NCBI GenBank assembly: GCA_013265495.1
Contig: MU058451.1
Location: 1,317,077 to 1,337,076 of the forward strand
DNA: 20,000 nucleotides
Origin: Vicugna vicugna
Taxonomy: Eukaryota
Reading direction: 5' to 3'
In this document: piece by piece, positions 1 to 10,012 of the stretch
How the letters are laid out: the number at the start of each line of letters is the position of its first letter
Position numbering within the stretch: the stretch's first letter is position 1
Made by a program: the position numbers and the translations under genes
Notes under the pieces: model-generated
What the model saw: only the letters and a program-made list of their open reading frames with translations
The model's database searches: none
Told to the model about the DNA's origin: nothing

Positions 1-518
1 CAATTGAGTTTTATAGCCTGGAGATATTGCAATTCTTAAGATAATTTCCCCCCAAAGCCCAACATTTTTCCAAGCAATAATTCCGACTCTTTTGACATTT
101 ATGTATCTGAAGCATTGGTAAAATCAAACCAACATTTACTTGTAGCAATGCTACATCTGCCTTCTGGAGCTAGGACAATATTTTAAAGTGGCAGGATCTC
201 ATAAATGTTTCATGGAAAATAAGAAAAACATGCTATAAAAATCAGCAAACCGTGAGATAAGAAGGAAGAGGAAGGAGTGGGTGATCAGTGAATCCCTCTG
301 GGATGATTGTGGAATAAGTTCTTCTAAATACTGGCCACATTTTCACAACTGATAAGTGACTTTCTGGCCATACATTAGCTAATTCTGGAAGTTGCTTTAA
401 CCCTTTCAAAGTTAATCCTTTCAAGAACTGCACCTCTATTATCTACACAGCTAAACTTGGTCCTTTCTACATAGTCTACATTTTATTCTGAAATTCCCCA
501 CTTCAGTTAGAAGTGGAT

Positions 519-590
519 CCTTATCAACTGTGAAATCTTGGCAAGTCCCTTTACCCTCTCAGAGCCTTAGTATCAGTATCTATTAAAACG
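519..590 (+). mobile_element. MIR SINE, core segment (left part of an interrupted copy)
   Basis: CTTATCAACTGTGAAATCTTGGCAAGTCCCTTTACCCTCTCAGAGCCTTAGTATCAGTATCTATTAAAA resembles the recalled MIR core (CTTACTAGCTGTGTGACCTTGGGCAAGTTACTTAACCTCTCTGTGCCTCAGTTTCCTCATCTGTAAAA). Confidence 0.8.
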
Positions 591-619
591 TCCATTATAG
601 AGGTTTCTGTTACACTGAC

Positions 620-677
620 AATGGTGGGTACATAGACTCATTATTTTTGAATGTTTGAAATATTTTATGATAAATTT
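620..677 (+). mobile_element. Old L1M (L1MC4/L1ME-type) extreme 3' end fragment
   Basis: ATGGTGGGTACATAGACTCATTATTTTTGAATGTTTGAAATATTTTATGATAAA resembles the recalled old-L1 terminus GTGATGGGTACATGGGGGTTCATTAT...TATGTTTGAAATTTTCCATAATAAA. Confidence 0.55.
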
Positions 678-782
678 AACATGGGGCTAAAATATAGGCA
701 AGTTTTGTAAGAATACAGAGATTATGAATGCAAACTACCCAGTTCAACACGTGGCTTAATAGTCGATAATTATTGTTGCTAA
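678..782 (+). mobile_element. MIR SINE, 3' part (right part of an interrupted copy)
   Basis: AACATGGGGCTAAAAT...GTTTTGTAAGAATACAGAGATTATGAATGCAAA...CACGTGGC...ATAATTATTGTTGCT continues the MIR consensus (AAAATGGGGATAATA...GTTGTGAGGATTAAATGAG...ATAAATGTTAGCT). Confidence 0.6.
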
Positions 783-894
783 TCATGATGCTGTTGCCGG
801 TGGTAATTGATGTATTTCCTTAGCAATAGTTATGTACAGAGGAGTGTATTGGGCATTGGTGGGAGTGGGGAGTAAAGAGAGAGGACAGTGCTTT

Positions 895-1060
895 AAAAAA
901 AATGATAAGAGACCTAATCCCAGTCCTCTGTGATCTAAGCATTTTATTCTGGAAGAGTAGCATTTATAGACATGAAACTATTAAGTAACAATGCAAGGTA
1001 GCATATGATGAAGGTTAAGTGAATTATGCAGATAATATGTTCCAAAGGAGTTCAGAGAAC
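895..1060 (-). mobile_element. L2 LINE fragment (L2c/L2d-like)
   Basis: AAGAGACCTAATCCCAGTCCTC...ACATGAAACTATTAAGTAACAATGCAAGGTAGCATATGA...AAAGGAGTTCAGAGAA matches the typical reverse-strand L2 3' region pattern. Confidence 0.6.
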
Positions 1061-2149
1061 CATGTGTTCAAATAATTTGTGTGTGGTGTTTGTGTGTGTA
1101 AAATACATGTTAAATAGGACCATGCAGGACTTTAAGAAAGGAGAAACTTTCACATTGCAGCCCAGAATGACAGAGCACCGCCGGAGTTTGTTATTTAAGA
1201 AGAACTCTTTCAGGGGCCATTTTCTGAAACCCAGAGACCTGTTTGTGACAAGTCTTTCCCCTTCTGCCTACAAATGCCACCCGTGTACTATTATCCTGAC
1301 ATATATGGTAAAGCACAAAATATGCAGAAACCACTGAATTGATGAGTTAACAAAATACACATGAGCACCAGGAAATTAACAAGATGATGGTCCCGGGTTA
1401 GCAGGAGGCGTATGGCGTTCTGCTCCGTGTGGTTTTCTGGCATGCTTATTAGACTCCTGGGCAAGGAAATACCTCTACCTGGAGATTTAGACACTCGAAT
1501 TGATACTCCCCAGCGAGAGTATACTGTTTGTAATAAAAGCAGTCTTTGTGTGGAGAAAATAAAACTGCACACTTTGTACACTTGTAAACCACCCCTGGCT
1601 CACAAAGTTACTATCCCTGCCTTACTCTCAGATTGACAAGCTTTTAAATCTGATATATTTTAGTCTGGGAAAGAAAAAAAAAAGAGCAAGATTCTGTCAG
1701 CCTAATCTCATTACACATGTAGCCGTTACAGTCAAAATGAGTTTCCTGTGAGTAAGTTTGGGTGAGTTTCAAAACCAATTCTCGGAGGAAAAGAGTCATT
1801 ACGTTGAAGTGTGTGCTGCGAGATGGCGCTTTCCTATTGTACCAGGGCTTTTGCCTCTATGTTTGCTTAAGCCAGAGGGTGATGAGATGAATAACTCAGA
1901 TTTTGTTCAATGAAAGAAGGGGAGAAAAACATTTAAAATGCATACTGTTAATACCTTGTTAAAGGCTTTCTTTAACAAGGAGAAAGTAATAGCTTTGGGG
2001 AACTATCTCATAATACTCTCTTGCTTCTATTTGCTGTCCTACCAAGCTCTTTTTGGACATTTTCTACTCAGAATCATTTCTCTGTTGGCCCATTCGGTCC
2101 CTTAAACCACCTCACTTCCATCTCCTTCTTTGCTCTTTTATATAAAAGT

Positions 2150-2270
2150 TGTCCTCTCAAAATACATGCTGTTTGATGGCAGGGACTGGGCTTGGTGTTC
2201 ACTGCATCTTTAGGGACAAAAAGTATCTTATTCCCAGTAGGTCTTCCATTAATGTTTGTCTATAACTGAC
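2150..2270 (+). mobile_element. L2 LINE 3' end
   Basis: GCTGTTTGATGGCAGGGACTGGGCTTGGTGTTCACTGCATC...CAGTAGGTCTTCCATTAATGTTTGTCTATAACTGA resembles the L2 terminus (GAGGGCAGGGACTGTGTC...TAGTAGGCGCTCAATAAATGTTTGTTGAATGAATGA). Confidence 0.75.
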
Positions 2271-3224
2271 TTTACTCTGGAAGCTCCCTCTCTAGTGACT
2301 CCCTGTGAACTCAGTACCAGAAAAGATAAAGTCCTCGTTGTGCATTTTGATAGTAAGGACAGTAAGGGCTGCATGTGCCGTGAGAGCAGCCTGGGTCCTA
2401 AAACAAAAGTTCAGAAAGAGCCCCGATGGTGAGGCCATGTTGCAAAAAAGTCTGCTGGGTTAGGACATGGGAAAAAAGGAAAAGGATACGTCTTTGATTT
2501 ACTGGGCATTCATTATTTATTTCCTAGTTTTCTTCAAATGTGTCACCAATGGGGCTTTTGTTCGTGTTTAGTATCACTAGGAACTTGCTTTTATTATTCT
2601 TACTGCTGCTCAATTGTCCAATCCTTGGCCAGGAGAGCCTGTTCAAGTTGACTACTTGGTTCTTTTGACAAAACGCTAGATTTCTTTCCTCGCTTTGTGG
2701 TCATGACAAGATGTAGTAGCCTCGTCTTGCTCATTTCTTGCCGTAGACCTGTAGTTGGTTCTTTCTCTAAGAGTATTTGTTCTTTGCAGCAGGAAACATT
2801 TGGAGGCTACAGTTTATGCAATAGGGCTATGCACTGCTGTTCAATGATCATTCATAGGTTTCTTCAGTGGATATATTAGGGAGTGTGTGTGTGTGTTAAA
2901 ATAAATCATTAAGTCATATTGATCCGACCAAATCAAATTCAGGGATGTAGGGTTTTTACTTAACCTCGTGAGTATTATATTTGTATCTACTTTCTTACAC
3001 AACAAAAATCTCGGTTCCCCCACATGGGGAAGGGGGTTCTGAGAGATGAAACTACCCAATCTCTTCTGTGACACAGGGGACACCCTGTAACAAAGTAGAA
3101 TGAGTCAGATACTAACTAGCCTTTGCTTGTCCTTCAGGGAACAGAATTTTTTCCCCTCTACTTTAAAATTATTTCATTTTTTATTCATTTTTAGATGGGA
3201 AAGGGGGATTGTGAATCCAGCTAA

Positions 3225-3300
3225 AAATAATAAAAGCAATAGCCCTCATTTAGCATTTATTATGCGTTAGGTATTGGGCTAAAGTCTGCACACATGTGTG
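3225..3300 (-). mobile_element. MIR (or L2) 3' end fragment
   Basis: AATAATAAAAGCAATAGCCCTCATTTAGCATTTATTATGCGTTAGGTATTGGGCTAAAG resembles the reverse complement of the MIR 3' end (ATAATAGCTAACATTTATTGAGCGCTTACTATGTGCCAGGCACTGTTCTAAG). Confidence 0.6.
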
Positions 3301-3514
3301 GGGACGAGAAAGGAGGTTCTTATCCTCACAGCATTTTCTCTGAGTTTAAGTAGTTATAAGGCTGCACAGGGAAGAAAACATACTAACAGGCCAATATTCA
3401 CTTATGAACTGATAACACAATAGAATTTATAATTAGACTACACTTAAAAACCTTCTTTATTTTTACTAGCATCTTTTCTTGACCATAATTTAAATATCTT
3501 TTGTTTGTTTTTCC

Positions 3515-3612
3515 TTTTTCAGTTTTATTAGGTAGAATTATTATAGTTCAACTGCACAGACATATTATATTGCATGTAAATACATATATATAGTATACTG
3601 AACTTTTTTAGT
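3515..3612 (-). mobile_element. Old L1M (L1MB/L1ME-like) 3' end, distal piece
   Basis: TTTTCAGTTTTATTAGGTAGAATTATTATAGTTCAACTGCACAGA resembles the reverse-strand old-L1 terminus TTTTATTGAGGTATAATTTACATACAGTAAAATGCACAGA. Confidence 0.5.
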
Positions 3613-3809
3613 TTACATGTATGTACTAATTATTGTTTCTAAGAACAGATTCGAGCTTTAGCTTTTTAAACTTCCATAATTATCAAAGGAATAAAGCCAA
3701 CTACAAAATAAGAATCAACAGAATGTGGTAATCCAGTCATAAAGGACAGTCAAATGTGCTTTGATTTGTGATAATCAAAATAATAATTAGTCCATTTGTG
3801 TCCTGATTA

Positions 3810-3900
3810 TGATTTTTTTTTTGATTCCTCATATAAATGATGTCATCTGGCTTATTGGTTAAGCTCTTGAAGATTGTACCATGTTGTAAATATTTAGCAA
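3810..3900 (-). mobile_element. Old L1M 3' region, proximal piece
   Basis: CCTCATATAAATGATGTCATCTGGCTT...TTGAAGATTGTACCATGTTGT resembles reverse-strand L1 CTTCATATAAATGGAATCAT...TCTGGCTT...TTGAGATTCATCCATGTTGT. Confidence 0.5.
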
Positions 3901-3903
3901 TAA

Positions 3904-4607
3904 AATAGCCAAGATAATTTTGAAAAAGAACAAGAGTGCCCAGTTTGTAGTCTCTAAGTACAATTTTCCACTAAAAGGAATCTGGCTCAGAGAACTATAC
4001 AGAGAAAATATCAGGAATAGGAAATGTGTAACATCAGCCTGGCAGGTCTGTTCGTAGCAGAAGGAAGGAAATAACAATGACTATTGGGGTGGTACCAAAT
4101 GGATTCAGAAGAGAGTCCCATTAACCAAGGATGCGATAACCTGACCATTACCAGTAACACTGTCAATGGATTAAAATATATCAAGTATGTTTAAATCCAT
4201 GGGTTCACAATGATACACAAATTGGTTGGCGGAGAAACTTCATGGGTTATCTTTGGAGGATGCTAGGGAACAAACTCATTACTGTATAAACTGATAAAGG
4301 GGAAAAAATGAGCATTTAATCTGCCTTTCCTGTTTAAATTGAAACTCAGAGTAACCAAAAAGCTCATGAGGAGAAATTTCTATGTTTTCAATAGAAGTTT
4401 TCTACCAAATAAATGAAGAGGGAATGATAGACTATCACCACTTTTCAAAATGCTAATTAATTAATGCATCTTAACAATCATCAAAGGCCACAACATAACA
4501 AAATGTGAGGCAAATGGAAATTATGCCCCTATTGATAGGATGTTGAGTTGTGTGCAATTATTCTTGAAAAAAAAATCGAATCTAATCAACCCCTAAATCT
4601 AACCACC
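3904..4607 (+). mobile_element. L1MC4-type LINE-1 3' UTR fragment
   Basis: Long colinear similarity to the recalled L1MC3/4/5 3' UTR: TTCCACTAAAAGGAA, TATGTTTAAATCCATGGGTTCACAATGATA, CTTTGGAGGATGCTAGGGAACAAACTCATTA, AATAAATGAAGAGGGAATGATAGA, GAATCTAATCAACCCCTAAATCTAACCACC. The start (AATAGCCAAGATAATTTTGAAAAAGAACAAG) resembles L1 ORF2 sequence. Confidence 0.85.
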
Positions 4608-4721
4608 TTTTGATTTCACTGGCCCAAGAACACTGGCAAGGAAGGCAGATGATATTGCCTGGGTGTAGACATTGCTAATCCTGGTTAGCCATGGCTGATT
4701 CAGATTTTTAAATGGGATGGG

Positions 4722-4722
<1 letters not shown>

Positions 4723-4758
<36 letters not shown>
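4723..4758. repeat. (TG)18 perfect microsatellite
   Basis: Uninterrupted TG run, read directly. Confidence 0.97.
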
Positions 4759-4763
<5 letters not shown>

Positions 4764-4987
4764 ACAATTGAGGGTAGGTGGGATAGAGTGTCATCTAGTT
4801 CAGAGAGGATGTTGAAATTTCACATATAGAATTCTTAACACATTGTTGAGGTGACATCGATTTTCAAAGTCATAGAAAGGGGAGCTTTATGGAAATTCTG
4901 GAGGGGAATCAAAGATCCCTGTTCCCCTACAGCTACAATAATGTTACTGTAGCCCTAGAAAATAGAGCCATGCATATTTAGGTTCTT

Positions 4988-5478
4988 TTATTAGTCTCTG
5001 GAAGGAGAGGAAAAAGATGTTACATTCTAACAAAGAAAATTTAATAAAGGAACTATTTACAAAATGTGGGAATCCAGCAGGCACCATAAACAACTGGTAG
5101 TTAGCACAAGCAGGAAGCCATTACTACCCCAAGGCTACAGGGGAAGGGTCACTGGAATTCAGAGAGAGCTGTAGCTGAAGCTGTCAAAGAAAACTCCCAG
5201 ACAAAAGATGTGGCCTTTGGTAGAGGAATTCAGTCACTGCCAACCTGCACCTAGTGGAGATGGAACTGATGTCAGTCCCCTCCTCTCCTCTGACCTCCTG
5301 ACCTCCTCTCATCACCTCCCATTGGATGAACTGAGCTTGAAGTCAACTGGAAGCCACACGGCAAGAAAGCCCACGGAGACAGTCCATGAAGGTCCATCTC
5401 CCAAGGTGATGTCAGCAGGGTGACAAGGATAGCCTCTGTCTGCACCCTTGCAGTGGCAGACAGAGGCTATCCACCGTA
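4988..5478 (-). mobile_element. LTR33-like solo LTR (ERVL)
   Basis: TTTAATAAAGGAACTATTTACAAAATGTGGG, TGTGGCCTTTGGTAGAGG, CCTCCCATTGG, GGAAGCCACACGGCAAGAAAGCCCA...CAGTCCATGAAGGTC and the end GGCAGACAGAGGCTATCCA are colinear with the recalled reverse-strand LTR33 consensus. Confidence 0.75.
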
Positions 5479-6050
5479 GACCCGCTCCTCATCTAGGGAA
5501 AGCTGTCTGTTCTCGGGTGATCCTATCACCATTTTTTGATAAAATATTGAATCTCTGACTTTGACACTATCAGTAATCAAGTCAACATTTTATGATTTTA
5601 TGGTTCTAGGCAGAATGTGGGTTCTTTTCCACCTTGCACATCTCCAGTGATCCCTCTATATTCTAGAAAAGAAAACAGAGAACAGGCCACTCACCATTTG
5701 GTTGAGCCCAACCCTGCTCTCAGTTTACCCTTATTCCGTTCCCCTTATTCAACTCTGAACTTCCATACCATTTCCCCTTTCTTTGCCTAAGACAGGCATC
5801 ATCAATTGATCTTGGCTCTCTTTCATGATGAGCTAAGTTGCAGCCTCAGGATCTTTCTTAACTTAGTGCTTTAGGAGTCAAATCAATCAATTGGAGTTGG
5901 GGTGCAAGATGAAAGCTATTTATTTTTTTAATCCCTGGTCTGTGAGTAGCCTTCAGTTAGATGTTTCCACGTTTTGTTTAATAGGTCATTTCCCATTAAC
6001 TCTGGGAAACATTTGCTACCCACACTGTTTGTCTTTACCAACTGGAATAA

Positions 6051-6093
6051 CATCACCATCATCACCGTCATCATCACCGTCATCACCATCATC
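6051..6093. repeat. Imperfect (CAT/CAC/CGT)n trinucleotide repeat
   Basis: CATCACCATCATCACCGTCATCATCACCGTCATCACCATCATC, read directly. It accounts for the low-complexity ORFs at 5891-6201. Confidence 0.9.
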
Positions 6094-6316
6094 GGTAGTA
6101 GCACTAGTATCATTAATTGGAAGCCTTTCTTGATCTTTCTAAATAACAAGGTCTCACAGCTTCACTTTTACTGTGAGTTTCTTTTCCTTTGTGTAGCTTA
6201 GGTCTGACATTCCATCCTTTGTTTACCACTTCTACCTCTGACTATGCTTTCATGACCAGGTTCTGATCAGAGCTTTGATTCTCTTACTTAGGAGATGCTG
6301 CTGCCTCACAGGATCC

Positions 6317-6362
6317 GTAATAATAGCGATACCTCATATTTATAGAATGCTTTACAGTGCAC
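6317..6362 (-). mobile_element. MIR3/MIRc-like 3' end fragment, followed by a short (CA)n
   Basis: TAATAATAGCGATACCTCATATTTATAGAATGCTTTACAGT resembles a reverse-strand MIR3/MIRc tail. A short CA run follows at ~6364-6378. Confidence 0.45.
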
Positions 6363-9300
6363 AACACACACACACACATATTCATAAAAGTCTTTCTGAT
6401 GAAAGGCAACCTTTTGTGATATAATTAAAGGATTTTAGATTTTTGGTTTATGGGACTAAATTACTCTTTAGACGCTGATTATCTTTGTATGGCTTTCTGT
6501 CACCTTTAAAAAATAATCTTTCTACCCACAAATTTCAGAGCTTCTTTTTCCTCATGTATTTTCCTTCAACTACACAGTAATTTTGGCTTTATAGAGTTGG
6601 TCAAAGGAAGCAACCCTTTAGAGAAACATATCTATAAAACAAACTTCCGATTTCAGAACTGAACTACAAATAATTTCTTCCTCCAAGATGATATTCAACA
6701 ATTGGACTTAATGTAAACTTAAGTTCACACATATATTGTTTAGCAATTTACTTACTACAATTTACTTACAGAAACATATTGACATCACTTTTTAGAGACT
6801 TTTTGTTAAGAAGGGATCTTTTTGAGGATATTAATGTTCTAACCCGCTGTTTTTTTGCTGTTGTTAAAGAAGGGGAATGGTTTGTTTGACATATTTTAGC
6901 TGGTCCTTAAAGAAAGTTACACTTGAATTTACATTTCTTGTGGTCTTTTTTATTGGGGGCCTTCTTTAAAAATCTTTTCACCTTTTTAAAGCCTGTTGCA
7001 CCAATGCCTTTCCATAGACATATTTCATCCAGGTGTTCTGTCTGAGCCTGTAAAGCTTTCTACCATGATGAGCAAGCTGAAAGCCTTACTAAACTTTTTA
7101 AAATAATGAGACCTCATCAGGCAAACTTATGATCAGGCTTCTTTTCTTCCCAGGCTAACCCATTGAATCTCACATCAGTTCATAGTTGGCCATGGCATGT
7201 GAGACAGTGGTAGTAAACAATTAAAAGGGTTTCCTAGGTGTCCCAGTCTCTTTATGAGAAAGAGGAAATGACCGAGTGATTTCATGTTAGTCTGTAAAGT
7301 CATTGGATGTATTGTAATGCCATTATTAACCTTGAGTCCTGATTCCGGCTCCTTTATTTTTCCCTCCAGACTGTTTGCTTCCCTTATATGATAAAGCCAA
7401 AGCCTGCGGTACGTTGGAAAAATAGAAAAAGAAAAAGGTAAAATTAGAGTGTCTCTTATCCTCTTTTAATACTCCTTGTGTTTCCCAAGGAACTTCTGTT
7501 CTCGGTCATGGTTAATCTGGAGTTTGCAGCTTTAGCATTCTTACAGTATTCTGTTTCTTCTGTAATTCAGGGCCACTAACACCCCGGGGAGTGTCTTTAA
7601 AACAGGAAGTTGCTCAAGCAAATTATAGTCTTTAGGAGGACAGATCTATGACCAAAACACTGCAAAGGCCAGTTGCCTTTTCTTCAGGGAGGCACGATGA
7701 CGGAGGGATACTTGAGCAAAACCAAACACACAAGGATGCTGCTTTCTGTCCTCTCTCTTTTACTCCTCAGTGAAGCCACTGATGAATCAAAAATAAGTCA
7801 CTTAAGACGAATTGTTAAGAAGCACTTGCCATCTTCAATTGAGTTAGTTCCTGTTTTTCTGTAAAGCATTAAGTGGTTACATACGCCATCTGCATTTTCC
7901 TTCAACATCCCCTCCTTGCCCATGGTTCAGTGGCGAGCTTCACGAAGTCTTCTCATTCAAGTTTTACTTCTTTTTCCACTTCGTCACCCAGCGCTCTAAC
8001 GCACGTGTGTCCCTGCAGTTGGCTCCAGACCTGCACGGTTGTGGGGGAGGCAGCAGAGAGCCAGGGTGTGGAGTTAGACCACGTTGATGAACTCTAGCCA
8101 GTCCCTCTTATACTGCTTTGATTTCAGGACTTGAAGGTTCCTGTATCTTATTTCCTACAGCCCCTAACAGAAATGGGATGTAGGGGGCATCTGCTGAAGG
8201 ACATATCAAAAGGCTTTGTACTAAAGTTGGGAAGGATGTTAATGGATTTCAGCTTCAGGGTTAAAATCTCTTCCAGAGTAGAATTGAAATTTTTCACTGC
8301 ACAGAACTTTGAAAAAGCAAACGACAGAATGATTTTGTCATAAATGTCTATGTTGGCTGTCTGATATGGGAAAAAATGGAGGTCAAATAGTCTGCAGAGA
8401 AGATAAAAGACCTGTGCAGTGAATGCCCTGTGGAGTGTGCACTCCTGTCTTAAGATGCCTTTAGGCCTTTGGGCCACTGTAGGCATGGAATCCAGTAGGC
8501 ATTTAAGAATTGCTCATGAAATAAACAGGTGTCTGGCAAACTGAGTTAATGTTGAATCCCAGATAAATTTAGACAAATGGTCATAGAAAAGTAGAAAGTA
8601 GTAAGTGAAAAAAGCCTTCCGTTCAATTTTCTCCAAGAGAAGTGGGCTCATGGTGCTTAGTCAGAGATGAACCTGAGGTTACAGATGCTTGAGTCCCTTC
8701 CACTTGCAATTTTTAAGGTAAAAAAAGCTTCTTCTAAAAACAAAGTATAACACTATGAAAACACTGAATGTTTGATGTGGAAACCTTTTTTAACACCAGT
8801 AAAAAAAAATTCTTTTATTTCAAAAATAGGGAAATGGTTTTGGATTTCCTTGAACATTTTAGAATTTAAAAGAATTTCCCATGCATGAATAAAATCAGAT
8901 CATCATCAAAAGGCTTTTAAGCAAAACGCCACACTTTTCTCCATAAAACAAAACAAATATTTTGCAGAGCAATATTCTCTTACACAAAAGATTTTTACAA
9001 ATCATTAGAGTGTTCTGTGTGAGGAAAATAAAATTCAAAATTATTCAGTAAAATATTTTTCTTTCATTTTTTATTGCTACTGTGAATAAGAAAGCATTAA
9101 AGAGGATGTATGACTATAGATGAAAGTTATCCTGCCAAACATTAAAAAAAAACGCTTTTAATGTTTTGGTCACGAACTCTGACAATGATAAATCACTTTT
9201 CAACAGCTGCAGACAGCTGTTAAAGTCTGGAGCCTAAAACGCTTAATTGGGGAAGTGTGTTAAAAGTTAAAGGGCCAGTGTCCTTCTAGGCTACATGAGG

Positions 9301-9868
9301 ACTTTCTTCAGCACGCTCGATACAGTGCATTCTAAGGTTTGGGAAAGAATCCTCTGTAGATGCATTAAACATTAAGCGTTAGATGGATAAATGTAACGTC
9401 TCCCATTATATGAGCAAGAAACAAGTGGCAGAGTTTAATAAAAGCACACAAACTCCTTCATTTAATAAAGTTTTCATACAGTATTTGGTGATGTGACTGA
9501 GATGAGTGGTGCTTTTATTTCAGATGTGTGAACTGGCAATTCCTAAGCCTCGCAATGTGGATCTTATCACAATAAATACATTTACCCAGGATTAATTTAC
9601 TGAGCCATGAATTCCAGCCTGATTCAAATCAGTAGAACAAGAAAAAATTTTTTTAAAGCTTAATGGGCTTTTTGTGTTGCTTATATTTTATTCTGGCAAT
9701 ATTTGGGCAGTGAGATACTCCAGTTAGTTTAGGGACTTCTTCACCTCAAAATTTTTCTTCATTAGGATGTTTCAAACCAGTTTGCAGTCATAATGTTTAT
9801 CCATGGCACACAACTGCTAAGATAGTATCCTTTTGAAGCAGGCTTTGTTGTTGCACGTGATTTTCCAG

Positions 9869-10012
9869 TGTGTGTGTGTGTGTGTGCATAACACATTGCA
9901 TATATTATATAAATTCACTACATATATATTCACTACACATACTATACAATAGTCACTGTATAATGATATATTCACTGCAGAACACTATATATGCATGTGT
10001 ATATATATATAA
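9869..10012. repeat. (TG)9 followed by TA/CA-rich low-complexity sequence
   Basis: TG run at 9869-9886, then several TATATA/CATATA tracts. Confidence 0.8.

Noticed and set aside
2602..2770. Open minus-strand frame (PTTGLRQEMSKTRLLHLV...EQALLAKDWTIEQ) ending near a GCA|GTAAGA donor-like site
   Set aside because: No convincing acceptor with a pyrimidine tract, and the peptide is not recognisable.
5688..5790. Strong minus-strand donor ATG|GTGAGT near 5696 with a possible upstream acceptor
   Set aside because: Isolated splice-like motifs are common, and there is no recognisable coding content or other support.
5891..6201. Three overlapping ORFs with S/P-, M/V/T- and I/T-rich runs
   Set aside because: They are products of the CAT/CAC trinucleotide repeat.
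6744..6769. 12-bp direct repeat CAATTTACTTAC with period 14
   Set aside because: An ordinary slippage duplication with only two copies and no sign of function.
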